Of a stretch of 64,000 nt of DNA, positions 1 to 11,800 are shown one piece after another (the stretch's first letter is position 1; each line of letters starts with the position of its first letter). Position numbers and translations under genes: made by a program. The DNA comes from Octopus bimaculoides (taxonomy: Eukaryota): NCBI RefSeq assembly GCF_001194135.2, contig NC_068998.1:51468806-51532805 (forward strand), read 5' to 3'. A model generated the notes under the pieces. That model did not search any database, had not been told where the DNA came from, and saw only the letters and a program-made list of their open reading frames with translations.

Positions 1-371
1 CTTTGAAAAACGAAACTTCTCCTTATACCGGGAGAAGCAGAGACATTCCCAAATGACACTTTTTTTCTTTTACAAAAGAGCATTTTTTTTTCCTTTCTTT
101 AGATTTTCTTAATTCTTTCACATATTTTATCAAATATCTCTTAACAGAGCTAGAACCAAGTAACTTTTAGAGCTGGATATGAAAACCATGCCTACAGGAG
201 GTATTGAAAAAATAATGCAGAAGCAGAAAATACCAATTCTATTTTTTGGTAAATAATTAATATCCTTACAGGAAAAAACCATGAAACTTAATTTCATAGT
301 CAAAGAATAATGCCCGTCCGATATTCCTACGAACAAAACCATTTCAACACTAACTAATGTGTTTATCAAAC

Positions 372-573
372 CCACAAGGCCAGCAATTTCAGGGGTTGGA
401 GTAGGTCAGGGGTTCATCGACACCACTATTCAACTGGTACTTATTTTGTCGACCCCGAAAGGATGAAAGACGAAGTCACCCACAGCGATATTTGAACTGA
501 GGACGTAAAAACGGACGAAACGCCACCAAGCATTTTGTTCGGCGTGCTACCAGTTCTACCTGCTCGCCGCCTT
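372..573 (-). mobile_element. SINE family A, near-complete copy
   Basis: Minus strand reads AAGGCGGCGAGCAGGTAGAACTGG..., then CTTTCATCCTTTCGGGGTCGACAAAATAAGTACCAG. The same sequence recurs more than 15 times in the window. The central motif resembles, from memory, the Sauria/Meta-type SINE domain. Confidence 0.85.
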
Positions 574-699
574 ACCCGCAGATAGCACTGTGTAACACAA
601 TTTTTCTCCTTGGATACCAACTGTTATTTCCAAGTTGCTGACTTCTAGAAAGTATGAAAACTAGGCAAAATTTGCTTTTGCTATGATATTTATTCAAAC

Positions 700-870
700 C
701 TCAAAGAATTCCTTTCATCACATGATTACGATGCCCCCGCCCACTACTCTTGCGCATGATCAGAGATGCATATATTGTCAGCCACTAAGGGACATTTTCA
801 ACTGTCTACGGTCAAGCAACTTACAAGCAAATCCGTGGTATTCAACAGAATATTTGCTATAACGATATTT
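700..870 (+). repeat. Unclassified interspersed repeat fragment
   Basis: GATCAGAGATGCATATATTGTCAGCCACTAAGGGACA...CAAGCAAATCCGTGGTATT matches my recollection of a common octopus repeat. Another part of that recalled repeat lies, reversed, at 34240-34330. Not verified by search. Confidence 0.45.
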
Positions 871-1029
871 CTGCTTCAGCAACTCAGCGCCAGATCTGTC
901 TGAAATGTAATGGAAAAGAGGTGATTCAAATCATTGATGTCCAAGTCACAAAAGCAAAGTTTGAAGGCAATAGAAGTCATATCCTTCGATTTCTAGAGAG
1001 AAGCAAATAGGAAATAACACTCACTGAGC

Positions 1030-1420
1030 AAAGATGAAAGGCAAAGTCAAACTTACTGGAATTTGAACTCAGAACGTAAAATCGGAAGAAATGCCGCCAA
1101 GAATTGTGTCCGGTCTACTTACTATTCTGCCAGCTCGCCAGTTTTATATTAATGATTTCAGATTTTGGCACAAGGGCAGCTAATTAGTGGGAGGGAGTAA
1201 GTCGAATACATGGACCCAGTGCTCAACTGGTATTTTATCGACTCGAAAAAGATGAAATGCAAAGTCGACCTCGGCGGAACCCCGCCCTTATATTAACAAT
1301 CCTTTATAACAACAACAATCCTTTCTACTCTCGGCAGAAGGCCTGAAACTTTGGTGGGGAAGAGGTGCTAACTGATTACACTGACTCAAATGCTTCTCTC
1401 GTTCTTAATTGGTTTGCTAA
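1030..1420 (-). mobile_element. Three further SINE A fragments in tandem, same orientation
   Basis: GATGAAAGGCAAAGTC...GAACTCAGAACG...GCCAGCTCGCC (1033-1140), CACAAGG...AAGTCGACCTCGGCGG (1168-1278) and CTTTCTACT...GCCAGCGAG (1320-1436). Confidence 0.75.
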
Positions 1421-1649
1421 CGATTTTGCCAGCGAGTCACCTTGATGAAGTTACATAATGAAAGACGTTGTACAGTTTTAAGTTAACCAACACCTCTACC
1501 GTCAACACCAAACATCAAATATTACATAAAATCTGACGATAATTTATTCCGTTTTAATCTCGTTAACCAGATTACAGATTCGTCTCCATATTTTCTGTAC
1601 AAATTAGAGAAATACACTGCAGATACAGACTACAACAGATTTTATGCAG

Positions 1650-1915
1650 CGAAGATGTCAGATGCTGTTGTTGCCGCCACCGCCGCCGCCGCCGCCGCCA
1701 CCGCCACCGCCGCTGCTGCTGCTGCTGCTGCTGCTGTCGTTGTTGCAGCTGCCGCAGTTAATGTTATTGATGTTCTTGCTGTCGTTGCTGCTCCTATTGT
1801 TGCTGTTGTTGTTGTTGTTGCTAATTGTTTGTTCTTCGAGGTGTAGTTATTGATGTATTTGTTGCTATTGTTTTTGACGTCGTCGTCGTTGTTGTTGTTG
1901 TTATTGTTGCAAAAT
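1650..1915. repeat. (GCC)n/(GCT)n/(GTT)n trinucleotide mosaic
   Basis: Directly visible; explains the poly-P/L/A/V ORFs at 1644 and 1655. Confidence 0.95.
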
Positions 1916-1920
1916 TATTG

Positions 1921-2030
1921 CTACGCAGCGTTTTCTTCCGATTCATTATGTTCTGAGTTCAGACCCCACCGAGGTCGACTTCTCTTCCTTTCATCCTTCC
2001 GGGGTCGGTAAAATAAAGCAGATATCAAGC
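1921..2030 (+). mobile_element. SINE A fragment
   Basis: GTTCTGAGTTCAGACCCCACCGAGGTCGAC...CCTTTCATCCTTCCGGGGTCGGTAAAAT. Confidence 0.8.
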
Positions 2031-2179
2031 ACTATGAGGACAATGCCCCTCCTCTCGAACTTTGCTGAAATTACGAAGAATTATTGTTGCTGCTGTTGTT
2101 TTTGTTGTTGCTATTCCTGTCCCTGTTGTTGTTGCTGCTACTCTAGAGGATAAAGCTCATTCCCGAGCCATACAGACTC

Positions 2180-2403
2180 ACAGGACCGATTTCCCCCGTT
2201 TCTGTGACGTATATAGTACCCCATGGACGGGACGCAAATCGATCGTATGGTAACTCATTTTTGCCAGTTGAGTGGACAGGAGCAACATGAAAAGAAGCGC
2301 TTTGCCCAAGAACACAACGCATCACCCGGTCCAGGAATCGAAACCACAGTCATACGATTAAGAATCCAACTCCCTAACCACTTAAGCCACACGCCTCCAC
2401 ATG
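2180..2403 (-). mobile_element. SINE family D (tRNA-like head, V-SINE-like body)
   Basis: Minus strand GGAGGCGTGTGGCTTAAGTGGTTAGG (A box)...GGTTTCGATTCCTGGACCGGG (B box)...CGTCCCGTCCATGGGG. Homologous to 50245-50495. Confidence 0.8.
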
Positions 2404-4289
2404 CTGCTACTTTGATCGAAGCCCTCTATGTTCGATCAGGTCAAGTCTGGTTGTTATTACTATTGTTTCTATTTAGCCCTAGACGATCCCTAGTCGTGCG
2501 GAACCTTTGGACAACATTTTCCAAGGGATCTTTCTTTTTAAGATGCTAAGGTGCGATCTGAGAGAGATTCAGCCGCTATTTCTAGCCGAATGAGTAACCA
2601 CATACCGGGACCCTTGTCTCAATGTCTGCTGCGGTTGATGTTTAGTCTCAGATTATCTCTGAACGATCAGATTTATGATCAGAGGTGTTTCAGCGGTTAT
2701 AATCCCTTTATTTTTCTTCTCCGACTACATAATCCAATGTGTCCTTTCTTTTATAAGACTGTCTGTGTTTGATTTGAGAGATATTTTGTTGTTATTTCTA
2801 ACAGGACGAGTGGTCACTTAGAAGTTTCCTCACCCTCGTTAACTACTGCCACTTCTCTGTATATTTTGATATTATTCTCTGCATAGGTAGGTCAATGGAA
2901 TTCGATCTGAACACGACAGCTGTTACTCATTATCACCTTTCAATGTACCGCCGCCATTGCCACAATCACCGACATCACCGCCTTCTCCTCTTCCACCGCT
3001 GCTGGTATCGTTATTTTTTATGTTGTTGTTATAATCATCGTCGTTGCTTTGTGTAGCTCAAAAGCTGCCCTAATCTAACTGGCGTTTGATCAAAAGGCAT
3101 TGCAGCTGTGAACATTTAGCCTAATTTTCATACATACATACATCCCTACATACATACAATAACTGGAACGAGATTATCTAAGATAACATGCTTTTTTCTT
3201 TTAATTCTATAGAGTACAATTTGAAGGCGATTTAACCGCTGTTACTTCTAGCAGATCGATCAGCCGCTTATAGGTATCCCTCGTCGGCTCGTCTCAATTA
3301 CCGTACGTCAGCAAATATTTCTTTGCCGTTTTAGGAGCTCTTGGCTGATGACTAAGCTGTTGACTATTGAGTCACTACAATACTGCTGCTGTATTATATA
3401 ATAAAACCTAGATGCGACTGAATCGATAACGTATCACAATGCTTACGGAGAGAAGAAATTCCGTTGCAGATGTTACGCAATTTCTCTGAATAAAAAAAAA
3501 TCTTTATCGCCATATTGTGTCTTTCGTCGCTCGATATAATGTCACCATCAGGTATTTAGGTGAATTTAGAGGAGTCCACTCTGTCATGAGTTATGTTCAT
3601 GACAGGTGGGAAGCATAGAGATAACTTCCTTGCTTTCTTTTCCTCCCACCAGCATTTGAGGCCCTGAGCAAAAGTCATGGATGGTACCCTTTCACCTTTC
3701 GATAAATCATTACATTTTTTCCCTTTAAACAATACAATATGGCGACCACACTTGTTCATGAGAATGTCGGCCATCATAGATCTAAGTTAGACAACAGTTT
3801 TGTTTACTTTGTTTCTTTCTTACATTCTCTTTCTGTCAGTCTTTTTCTCTTTCTCCTTCTCTTCGTCTATCTCTCTCTTAATCACTTACTCTAACTCTTT
3901 CTCTGTCTCTATCACTCTAACGACTTGCACCTGAGTGGCGATAATCAACGATTCAGTTTCTTCCTTCGGCTTTCCATCTGTCAGCCACAAGTATTCTTTA
4001 CCTCAAACATCCTCGGTTTGTTGCATGACTAGACCATATTCTTCCTTGATAAAGTCAAAGATTAATAAAACCAGGTCGAGAGCAAATACAAAATACGAGA
4101 AATGGAGTGGCTGCAGTAAGTGGGTGCAACAAGCTAGCGTAAAAGGAGTATAAATGCAGGAATGATTATGTCGATAAAAGAGTGTAATGGGATGCGAGCT
4201 AAGTTTATGGATCCGAAGTAACAGAAAAGTCATAAGAACACGAGTTTGAAGCTTTGACGAAAAATGATAATTATAGGATTTTGTGGAAT

Positions 4290-4575
4290 TCGTCTTTCGC
4301 TACAGCCACTAGACAAATAACAATTGCCTGCCCCTCCCGGCCAAAAGAGGGTGGCGGAGCAATCCTCACAATGGATTCAGCTGATAGCCGGATGCGTCCC
4401 ACACGCGACAGCAGGTGTTCGACATAAACCCACAGATCAGCAATACTCGGGCACTGGACTAGGGCGTGCAGAACGGTTTCATTCTTCCGGGCGCACCTCG
4501 GGCAGGCCCCGGCTGACGGCACTTCCGTGCCTGTATAGTTTGTCCCGAACAGGCCCGGAGTTTTGAGGATAGAGG
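4290..4575 (-). pseudogene. Tx1/L1-clade non-LTR retrotransposon ORF2 C-terminal fragment (zf-RVT-like CCHC), frameshifted
   Basis: PVRDKLYRHGSAVS, then after a frameshift ACPRCARKNETVLHALVQCPSIADLW: the CxxC...ETxxHxxxxC...W motif typical of L1/Tx1 ORF2 ends. Confidence 0.8.
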
Positions 4576-5539
4576 CGCTTAACTGCGAATGATCCCAATA
4601 TTTGACAGGTTCGATATTTTATCGAAGTCGAATGGATGAAATGTGTAGTTAACCTAAGTAGAGTTTTGAACTTGGAACGCAAAGGGAGCGGATGAAACAC
4701 TGCAAAGCATTTCTTCCGAATAACAATAACGGAATTAAATATGGACCTAATCACTATTCGAAACAAGTTTCTCTCAGATTCACTCCGTTACCCACTTAAT
4801 CCTGATTTACGGAAATACACGAAAATGCACGACACACAACGATGTAGTCGTTATAGCAACGTTAGTAGTGTTGTTTGTGTTTGTGGTTCTTGAAAGCAAT
4901 TTATTATGGCATTCTTGTACTCTTGCATGTCATCTATACTCTGAAGATGTCGGTATGATACGATATGGTCATAATCATTTAGCAACCACTGCGGAAAGAG
5001 AAAAAACAGAAAAGAACAGTTATTTATCTTATTATTGTTTCTCTTTGTTTATTTATTTATTTATTTTATCTCGCGACTGGAATGTCATTTGATAATAAAT
5101 GACTACTCGGATACATGTAGATATGAATAATGTATCATCTCTGCGAGGATAGAATGCGACGAAAGAATGTATGAATAGACGAAATTCTGTTATAGATGTA
5201 TGTGGGTGTAGGTGGGTGGATGTGTGTACATAGATATATATCATCATCATCATTATGTAACGTACGTTTTCTATGCTGATATATATATATATATATATAT
5301 ANNNNNNNNNNNNNNNNNNNNNNNNNNNNNNNNNNNNNNNNNNNNNNNNNNNNNNNNNNNNNNNNNNNNNNNNNNNNNNNNNNNNNNNNNNNNNNNNNNN
5401 NNNNNNNNNNNNNNNNNNNNNNNNNNNNNNNNNNNNNNNNNNNNNNNNNNNNNNNNNNNNNNNNNNNNNNNNNNNNNNNNNNNNNNNNNNNNNNATATAT
5501 ATATATATATATACGGAGAGAGAGAGAGAGAGGGAGATA

Positions 5540-5730
5540 GGAGGCGCAATGGCCCAGTGTTTAGGGCAGCGAACTCGTGGTTGGAGGATTTCGATTCCCA
5601 GATCAGGCGTTGTGTGTGTTTATTGAGCGAAAAACACCTAAAGCTCTACGAGGCTCCGGCAGAGGGTGGTGGCGACCCCTGTTGTACTCTTTTACCCCAA
5701 CTTTCTCTCACTCTTTCTTCCTGTTTCTTG
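5540..5730 (+). mobile_element. SINE family C, 5' part
   Basis: GGAGGCGCAATGGCCCAGTG (A box), TTTCGATTCCCAGA (B box), TTATTGAGCGAAAAACACCTAAAGCTC; matches 12647 and 20535 (reversed). Confidence 0.85.
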
Positions 5731-5805
5731 TGTAACGCTGCGACACATTTCAATGTTTGCTGATCATACTGATAATATATATTCCTACATACCTACATAT
5801 TCCAA

Positions 5806-5837
<32 letters not shown>

Positions 5838-6002
5838 CGTGTGTGTATGTGTGTGTGTTTTAAAAAATTGATTCGCATTCCGTGGTACTTCGAGTTCTTC
5901 AGGCCCCTAACGGAGCCCGTCTCCTTCAGACTTCTGGAATGACCAGATGAATGAAGAGGTCGAGGGTGAAGAGGTCCAAGATGGCTACTGTAAGATGAGC
6001 TG

Positions 6003-6414
6003 CTATTGATCTGCTAGTCGATGGTCTGCCACAACGTGAATCCCTGTACACTGAGGTGCGGCCATCTTTGTACTATTTTTTAATTTGTGTTTTTCCCATA
6101 GCATCATCTCCAAAGGCCTTCTGAATCTTCTCGTTAGTCTGGGCTTGCGTATCACCAAGTTTTTGGCAGAATTTGATACAGTATTTTTGCTCAATGCACT
6201 CGGGCATCTTGACTTCAAAGAAAAAACCGCACAACACACTCTTCATGTCTGTATTCAACGTGCCACTGTGGATGAATGGCGCAACCCACAGACACGAAAC
6301 ATTTTGCGCATACTCAGGAAAGATGCGGTCACCTAATACCCATGCGGATTTTGCTCACGTATTATTATTCTGTGCAAAAACATTCAAGGTTGTATACTTT
6401 TTGACTATACCTCG
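6003..6414 (-). mobile_element. Mariner transposon 5' end: TIR plus decayed transposase N-terminus (ATG at 6207)
   Basis: TA|CGAGGTATAGTCAAAAAGT terminus at 6414. Translation MPECIEQKYCIKFCQKLGDTQAQTNEKIQKAFGDDAMGKTQIKK*YKDGRTSVYRDSRCGRPSTSR is the mariner paired HTH ending in GRP; TAG replaces the expected Trp. Confidence 0.88.
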
Positions 6415-6440
6415 TATATACACATACGTATGTATGTATG

Positions 6441-6489
<49 letters not shown>

Positions 6490-8699
6490 NNNNNNNNNNN
6501 NNNNNNNNNNNNNNNNNNNNNNNNNNNNNNNNNNNNNNNNNNNNNNNNNNNNNNNNNNNNNNNNNNNNNNNNNNNNNNNNNNNNNNNNNNNNNNNNNNNN
6601 NNNNNNNNNNNNNNNNNNNNNNNNNNNNNNNNNNNNNNNNNNNNNNNNNNNNNNNNNNNNNNNNNNNNNNNNNNNNNNNNNNNNNNNNNNNNNNNNNNNN
6701 NNNNNNNNNNNNNNNNNNNNNNNNNNNNNNNNNNNNNNNNNNNNNNNNNNNNNNNNNNNNNNNNNNNNNNNNNNNNNNNNNNNNNNNNNNNNNNNNNNNN
6801 NNNNNNNNNNNNNNNNNNNNNNNNNNNNNNNNNNNNNNNNNNNNNNNNNNNNNNNNNNNNNNNNNNNNNNNNNNNNNNNNNNNNNNNNNNNNNNNNNNNN
6901 NNNNNNNNNNNNNNNNNNNNNNNNNNNNNNNNNNNNNNNNNNNNNNNNNNNNNNNNNNNNNNNNNNNNNNNNNNNNNNNNNNNNNNNNNNNNNNNNNNNN
7001 NNNNNNNNNNNNNNNNNNNNNNNNNNNNNNNNNNNNNNNNNNNNNNNNNNNNNNNNNNNNNNNNNNNNNNNNNNNNNNNNNNNNNNNNNNNNNNNNNNNN
7101 NNNNNNNNNNNNNNNNNNNNNNNNNNNNNNNNNNNNNNNNNNNNNNNNNNNNNNNNNNNNNNNNNNNNNNNNNNNNNNNNNNNNNNNNNNNNNNNNNNNN
7201 NNNNNNNNNNNNNNNNNNNNNNNNNNNNNNNNNNNNNNNNNNNNNNNNNNNNNNNNNNNNNNNNNNNNNNNNNNNNNNNNNNNNNNNNNNNNNNNNNNNN
7301 NNNNNNNNNNNNNNNNNNNNNNNNNNNNNNGTGTGTGCATATATACATATACATATGTATATACACATATATATGTTCATTTATATATATACATATATAT
7401 ATACATACACACATATATATGTACATATATATATAAATATGTATATATATATACATACGTATATATACACATATATATACATGTACATATATATATACAT
7501 ATGTATACATATATATGTACATATATATATACATCATGTATATATACATATGTATACATATATATGTACATATACATATATATACACATATATGTACGTA
7601 CGTATGTATGTATATATTTGCGTGAGTGTATAGGTATGTATGTATGTATGTATCTATGAATGTATGTATGCATGTGCTTTTACATCGTATTACAAGAGTT
7701 ACATTCTCAGCATTAATGACAGATTGAGCAGCAAAAATCCAAATCTTCCAGCAAATCGATAGATTCCAAGCTGATTTGTGAGTCTACGAGTCTCTGTGGA
7801 ATTGGCAGGAAGCGAAGGAAGCAACAAATAATCAAATAATTTTATCCACTAAGCATCAATGATCTGATTGGCTTTCAGAAATAATCTAACAAGGGAGATT
7901 CTACTAACGCAGTGATTGCTTTAGGTGTAGTAATATTTCGGCATGGTTAAATTGACGTTATTCAACAGAATCGACAGGACTGATGTTAAAGAATGGTTCT
8001 TCTAATCTTTTACATTAAAATCATTGCATAACGTAGTGAACGATGCTAAAGTATTACTTCAGCAGAAACATTAAATCCGCCATATTGCATTCAAATCAAG
8101 ACCAGGAATGAAAATGAATTTCGAAAGGTATCAATGTTCGAATTTACTGATTGTATTGGTAAAAATGTAGATTCAAAATATGTGAATGAGGAGCCAAAAA
8201 TCATTACCTGCCGTTTCGCTAAAGCCCGATTTATAAACAGCCATATACATACTTACAGCATTAAGCGTTACAAACTTTTACTGTTATAAAAAGCGCGCAA
8301 TATATATACACTGACAGGGGGACATAACCACGCCATGGGCGTCTCTAGGATCACTAGAGTAGACTAGTTTTGCTTATCAGTCGTAGGCTCGTCAGTGACT
8401 ACTCAATTGTCCGAAGGTTTGGCTAAATACGGTTGTCAGTATAGACGCGATGGTACCCAAAACTAACCGGAAACGTTCTCAGTAGTTCTGGCTTCTGCCG
8501 CTAGAAGCCACTTGATGTGACTCTCATGGATCAGTCTGCCGACCGGTGTCATCCTCTTGCTTCGTACTGCTTCTTTGTTCTGCAGCGCTTCTCCCCTTTT
8601 CGATTTTTGCGATATAAAACGAAGGAACAGCATGATTTCGTGAAATTGTTTTCTGCCGGGGAAAACGGCAGCCAAAATAGCAGTCATGCTTCAAACAGC

Positions 8700-8945
8700 T
8701 TATATATATGTGTGTACGTGTCAGTGTTTGTCCCTCCGCCATTGGTTGTTTATGTCCCCGTAAACCAGCGGTTCAGCAAAAGAGACCGACAGAATAAGTA
8801 CTAGACTTACAAAGAACAAAGTCCTGGGATCGATTGAAAACCCTTTTTCAATCTGAAAAACCCTGAAAAACACTTTTAATGCGGTGCTCTAGCATGGCCG
8901 CAGTCAAACGACTGAAACAAGTAACAGAATAAAAGAATATATAAG
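8700..8945 (+). mobile_element. SINE family B, 3' half after the internal microsatellite
   Basis: GTGTTTGTCCC...CAGCGGTTCAGCAAAAGAGACCGACAGAATAAGTACT...GCATGGCCGCAGTCAAACGACTGAAACAAGTAACAGAATAAAAGAAT. Confidence 0.85.
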
Positions 8946-9154
8946 AGATTATATAACTGGCAAGGGAACAACAAATTATGTAATGAGCTTCATTAGCGTA
9001 ACGAATTTTTATAATTCCTGGTTCCCTTGTCATTTATGTAATCTCTTATTACGCTGTGAACTCGATTAATGTTTTCCTCTGAGGCATCCGTATTTTGAGT
9101 TCTAATAGCGGGTTATTAGTTTCGTTATGCGTAAGCAAATTAATAGAATACATG

Positions 9155-9700
9155 CAGGGCGTTCGGGCTAAATTTGACAGTTTGTATAAAAAGGAAAGAA
9201 AACGCAATAGTCCGTTCAAAAATAAAAGTATTTTAAAAATTCAAGACATACCAAGCAGATAATGGTTGGATGGTAACAATTTGCTCGAAACAGCCGCTCT
9301 CAGTTTTTACCATACCCTCAAGATGGCTCCGGAATCTGGTGCATGCTTTCCTTAATATGACCCCGGGAATATCATTGTGAACCCCCGCCTTGATCTTGGC
9401 GAACAGCTCGGCCTTGGTTTTGTATGCAGAGCGATTGGTGTCTTTCTCAACCGCACCAACACATTGTAAATTCATGGGATTATGATCACGGGAATTAGGA
9501 AGCCAGAAATTGGATCTGGTGGAATCGTAGAAATTCTCCAGCAACTACTTCTGACACTTTCTGGAGTTATGGCAAGGAGACAAACACTGTTGCCACACAT
9601 ATGAAATTCCAACAGCAACCATCCACTGTCAGGGATTCACTAGAGTCTCCAGCAGCATCACATAGCCATATGAATTGAGCTTAAGGCTCTGATAATCAGG
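9155..9700 (-). mobile_element. IS630-Tc1-mariner transposon 3' part (maT/DD37D-like), decayed
   Basis: YVWQQ...CHNSRK, then FWLPNSRDHNPM...VGAVEKDTNRS...KAELFAKIK...RKACTRFRSHLEGMV is a decayed WPPNSPDLNP(M)D region. Probable terminal CAGGGCGTTCGG at 9155. Confidence 0.8.
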
Positions 9701-9774
9701 ATGCTTGCTGTGTCCCTTCCTGCTGACCACAGCTTCTTTGTGTCCGTTGCAGCTGTCCAAGATAAAAGATAAAA

Positions 9775-10047
9775 GGTGCGTGTACGTAAGTGTGTGTTTG
9801 TGTATATGTATATGTGTTTGTGTGTGTGTGTGCGCACGTTTGTGTATGTGTGTGTATGCGTATGTCTATGTGTATGTATGCGCCTGTTTGTCTGTGTGTG
9901 TGCGCATGGATGTGCGTATATGTGTGTGCGCGTGTGTGTGTGTATGTGTGTGTGCATGTGCGAGTGTGTGATTGTGTGTGTGAGTGTTTTTGTTGATGTG
10001 TATACACACACACACATATATATATGTACATATATGTGTGTGTGTGA

Positions 10048-10096
<49 letters not shown>

Positions 10097-10103
10097 TATA
10101 TAA

Positions 10104-10158
<55 letters not shown>

Positions 10159-10170
10159 CATGTACGTACA
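9775..10170. repeat. (TG)n/(TA)n compound microsatellite
   Basis: Directly visible; source of the CV/HT/YI ORFs. Confidence 0.95.
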
Positions 10171-10172
10171 TA

Positions 10173-11110
10173 CAAGGGATCGACACATTTTTGGGGACAA
10201 CTGAGAAGTGCAGCCTATAGACACTTAATGACAAACACACTTCTAAAGTAAAACAATGGAGAATGTGCATAATATTTCCGTTTGTGATTGCCCTTCCTGA
10301 ACACGTATGTAAAAAAATTAATAAAAATGGACATGAAAATCTTATTACAATCATGCGATATGATTCAGACAATACCACTCAGCTTTAGTAGTCCACACAG
10401 TCGCCTTTTCTTTCCGATTACATGCATCATTTGTTCGTTATTGTTTCTATCAGTCTTCTTTTGGTTCCTAAAATCCGTTTCCATAATTCTGCCTCATTTG
10501 TCACTTCTGGCCCTTCATACATAAGCTTTGACGACACTGTCCATATATTTTCAATTAAATTCAAGCCTGGATAGCTCGCCGCCCATTCTAGTGGACTTAT
10601 TTCCACATCTCTCTTCCATTTCTTGACTGTCTTTGACACTTGAATGCTACAGTTAACCTGTTGGAGGATAAAATTATCTCTCATTTCTTTTCTAAGACTT
10701 TCGTTTGCAATAGCTGAATGTAACTCGTGCTGTTCTGCCTTTGTTTCGGCCACTCTAGCCAAAAATATCCCCTTGCAAAGACTATTCCCAATGCCATTAC
10801 TCCTCCTCCTCCGCCCATCTGCCTTTTGTCTAGCATCACTGGTTCATCTTTCTTTGGACCAAGAACACCAGTTGTTAGGTCCATTGGCCTTAAATCGCTT
10901 CTTGTTAAAATTTACTTCGGTAAAATCAACAGAGGTAGTTAACAATAATTGTGTGCAGTCTAACCTTGCTTTCTTATGTTTTTTTGCTTGAATGGATCTA
11001 ATTCTTGGCCTTCATATGCTTGCACCCAATTTATTTAGGCATTCTTTGAACTATTCGAATATTTACATCTATTTCATATTTCTCCTTCACCTCTGTGCCG
11101 TTACGTATTT
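10173..11110 (-). mobile_element. Tc1/Tc3-like transposon, decayed DDE domain plus one TIR
   Basis: Frameshifted MGGGGGVMALG..., FILQQVNCSIQVSK..., LEWAASYPGLNLIENIW (compare FQQDNA, WPARSPDLNPIENLW). TA|CAAGGGATCGACACATTTTTGGGGACA terminus at 10171-10199. Confidence 0.85.
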
Positions 11111-11161
11111 ATTGAATGCATCTTGTAATTTTATTTAAATATATAAGAGCAGAGGATCAGC

Positions 11162-11405
11162 GTGGAGACACATGGCCTAGTGGTTGGAGCAGCGGAGTCG
11201 ACCCCCGGGTTCGAATCTGTGCGTTGATGAGCGAAACACCTAAGCTCCGATAGAAAGTAATGGCGAACTTCAGCTGACTCTTTCACCACAACTTTCTCTC
11301 ACACTTTCCTCCTGCGACAGACCGGCATCCCGTAGAGGTGGGGAACCTATACGCCGGGGAAACTGGCCCTTATGAGCCAGGCATGGCTCGAGAAGGAACA
11401 AACAA
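11162..11405 (+). mobile_element. Composite SINE: family C head and body with family D-type tail
   Basis: C-type GAGCGAAACACCTAAGCTCC...CACCACAACTTTCTCTCAC, then GCGACAGACCGGCATCCCG...CATGGCTCGAGAAGGAAC shared with 50400-50490. Confidence 0.75.
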
Positions 11406-11554
11406 TAACAATAGGATCAGCAGAATCGTTAGAATATCGGTCGAAATGCTTTGATATATTTAGTTTTATGACTCTATGTTTTGAGCTCAAATCCCACTGA
11501 GCCGAGGAGAACTTTGCCTTTCATCTTTTCGGGGTCAATAATATTGCTTGTTTT

Positions 11555-11800
11555 ACTTAAGCGTTCGCTCCCTACGGAGCAGAGGCCATCGACGAGTTTT
11601 CTCCACGGTTTTCGACTCTGGGGTGTCTTTTCCTCTTCGCTTCCTGTTATTTTCTTCTCTGCCTCAGTATCCTGCTTCCAGCTATTTTTAGGGCATCCTC
11701 TCTCCCTTCAGGATTCCAGGTCAGAGCATAAGGTGGTATGCAGAACGCTCATTTCCCTTTCGGAGATCGCTGCACCGCATCATGTTTTCGTGAGGAAAGC
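11555..11800 (-). pseudogene. RTE-clade LINE 3' end, decayed
   Basis: Minus-strand CIPPYALTWNPEG, a frameshifted RGxPKNSW, then PWRKLVDGLCS match the RTE C-terminal pattern ALTWNPxGKRxRGRPxNTW...WRxLVxGLCS. Confidence 0.72.

Noticed and set aside
5860-5995. Minus-strand CTGAAGAACTCGAAG and CTGAAGGAGACGG...CCGTT as a hammerhead
   Set aside because: There is no room for stem II in the first, and no GAAA after the stem in the second. It is probably a repeat fragment that I cannot classify.
8330-8690. Possible decayed mariner N-terminus (FHEIMLF...HIKWL) on minus
   Set aside because: Similarity is too weak and no TIR was identified.
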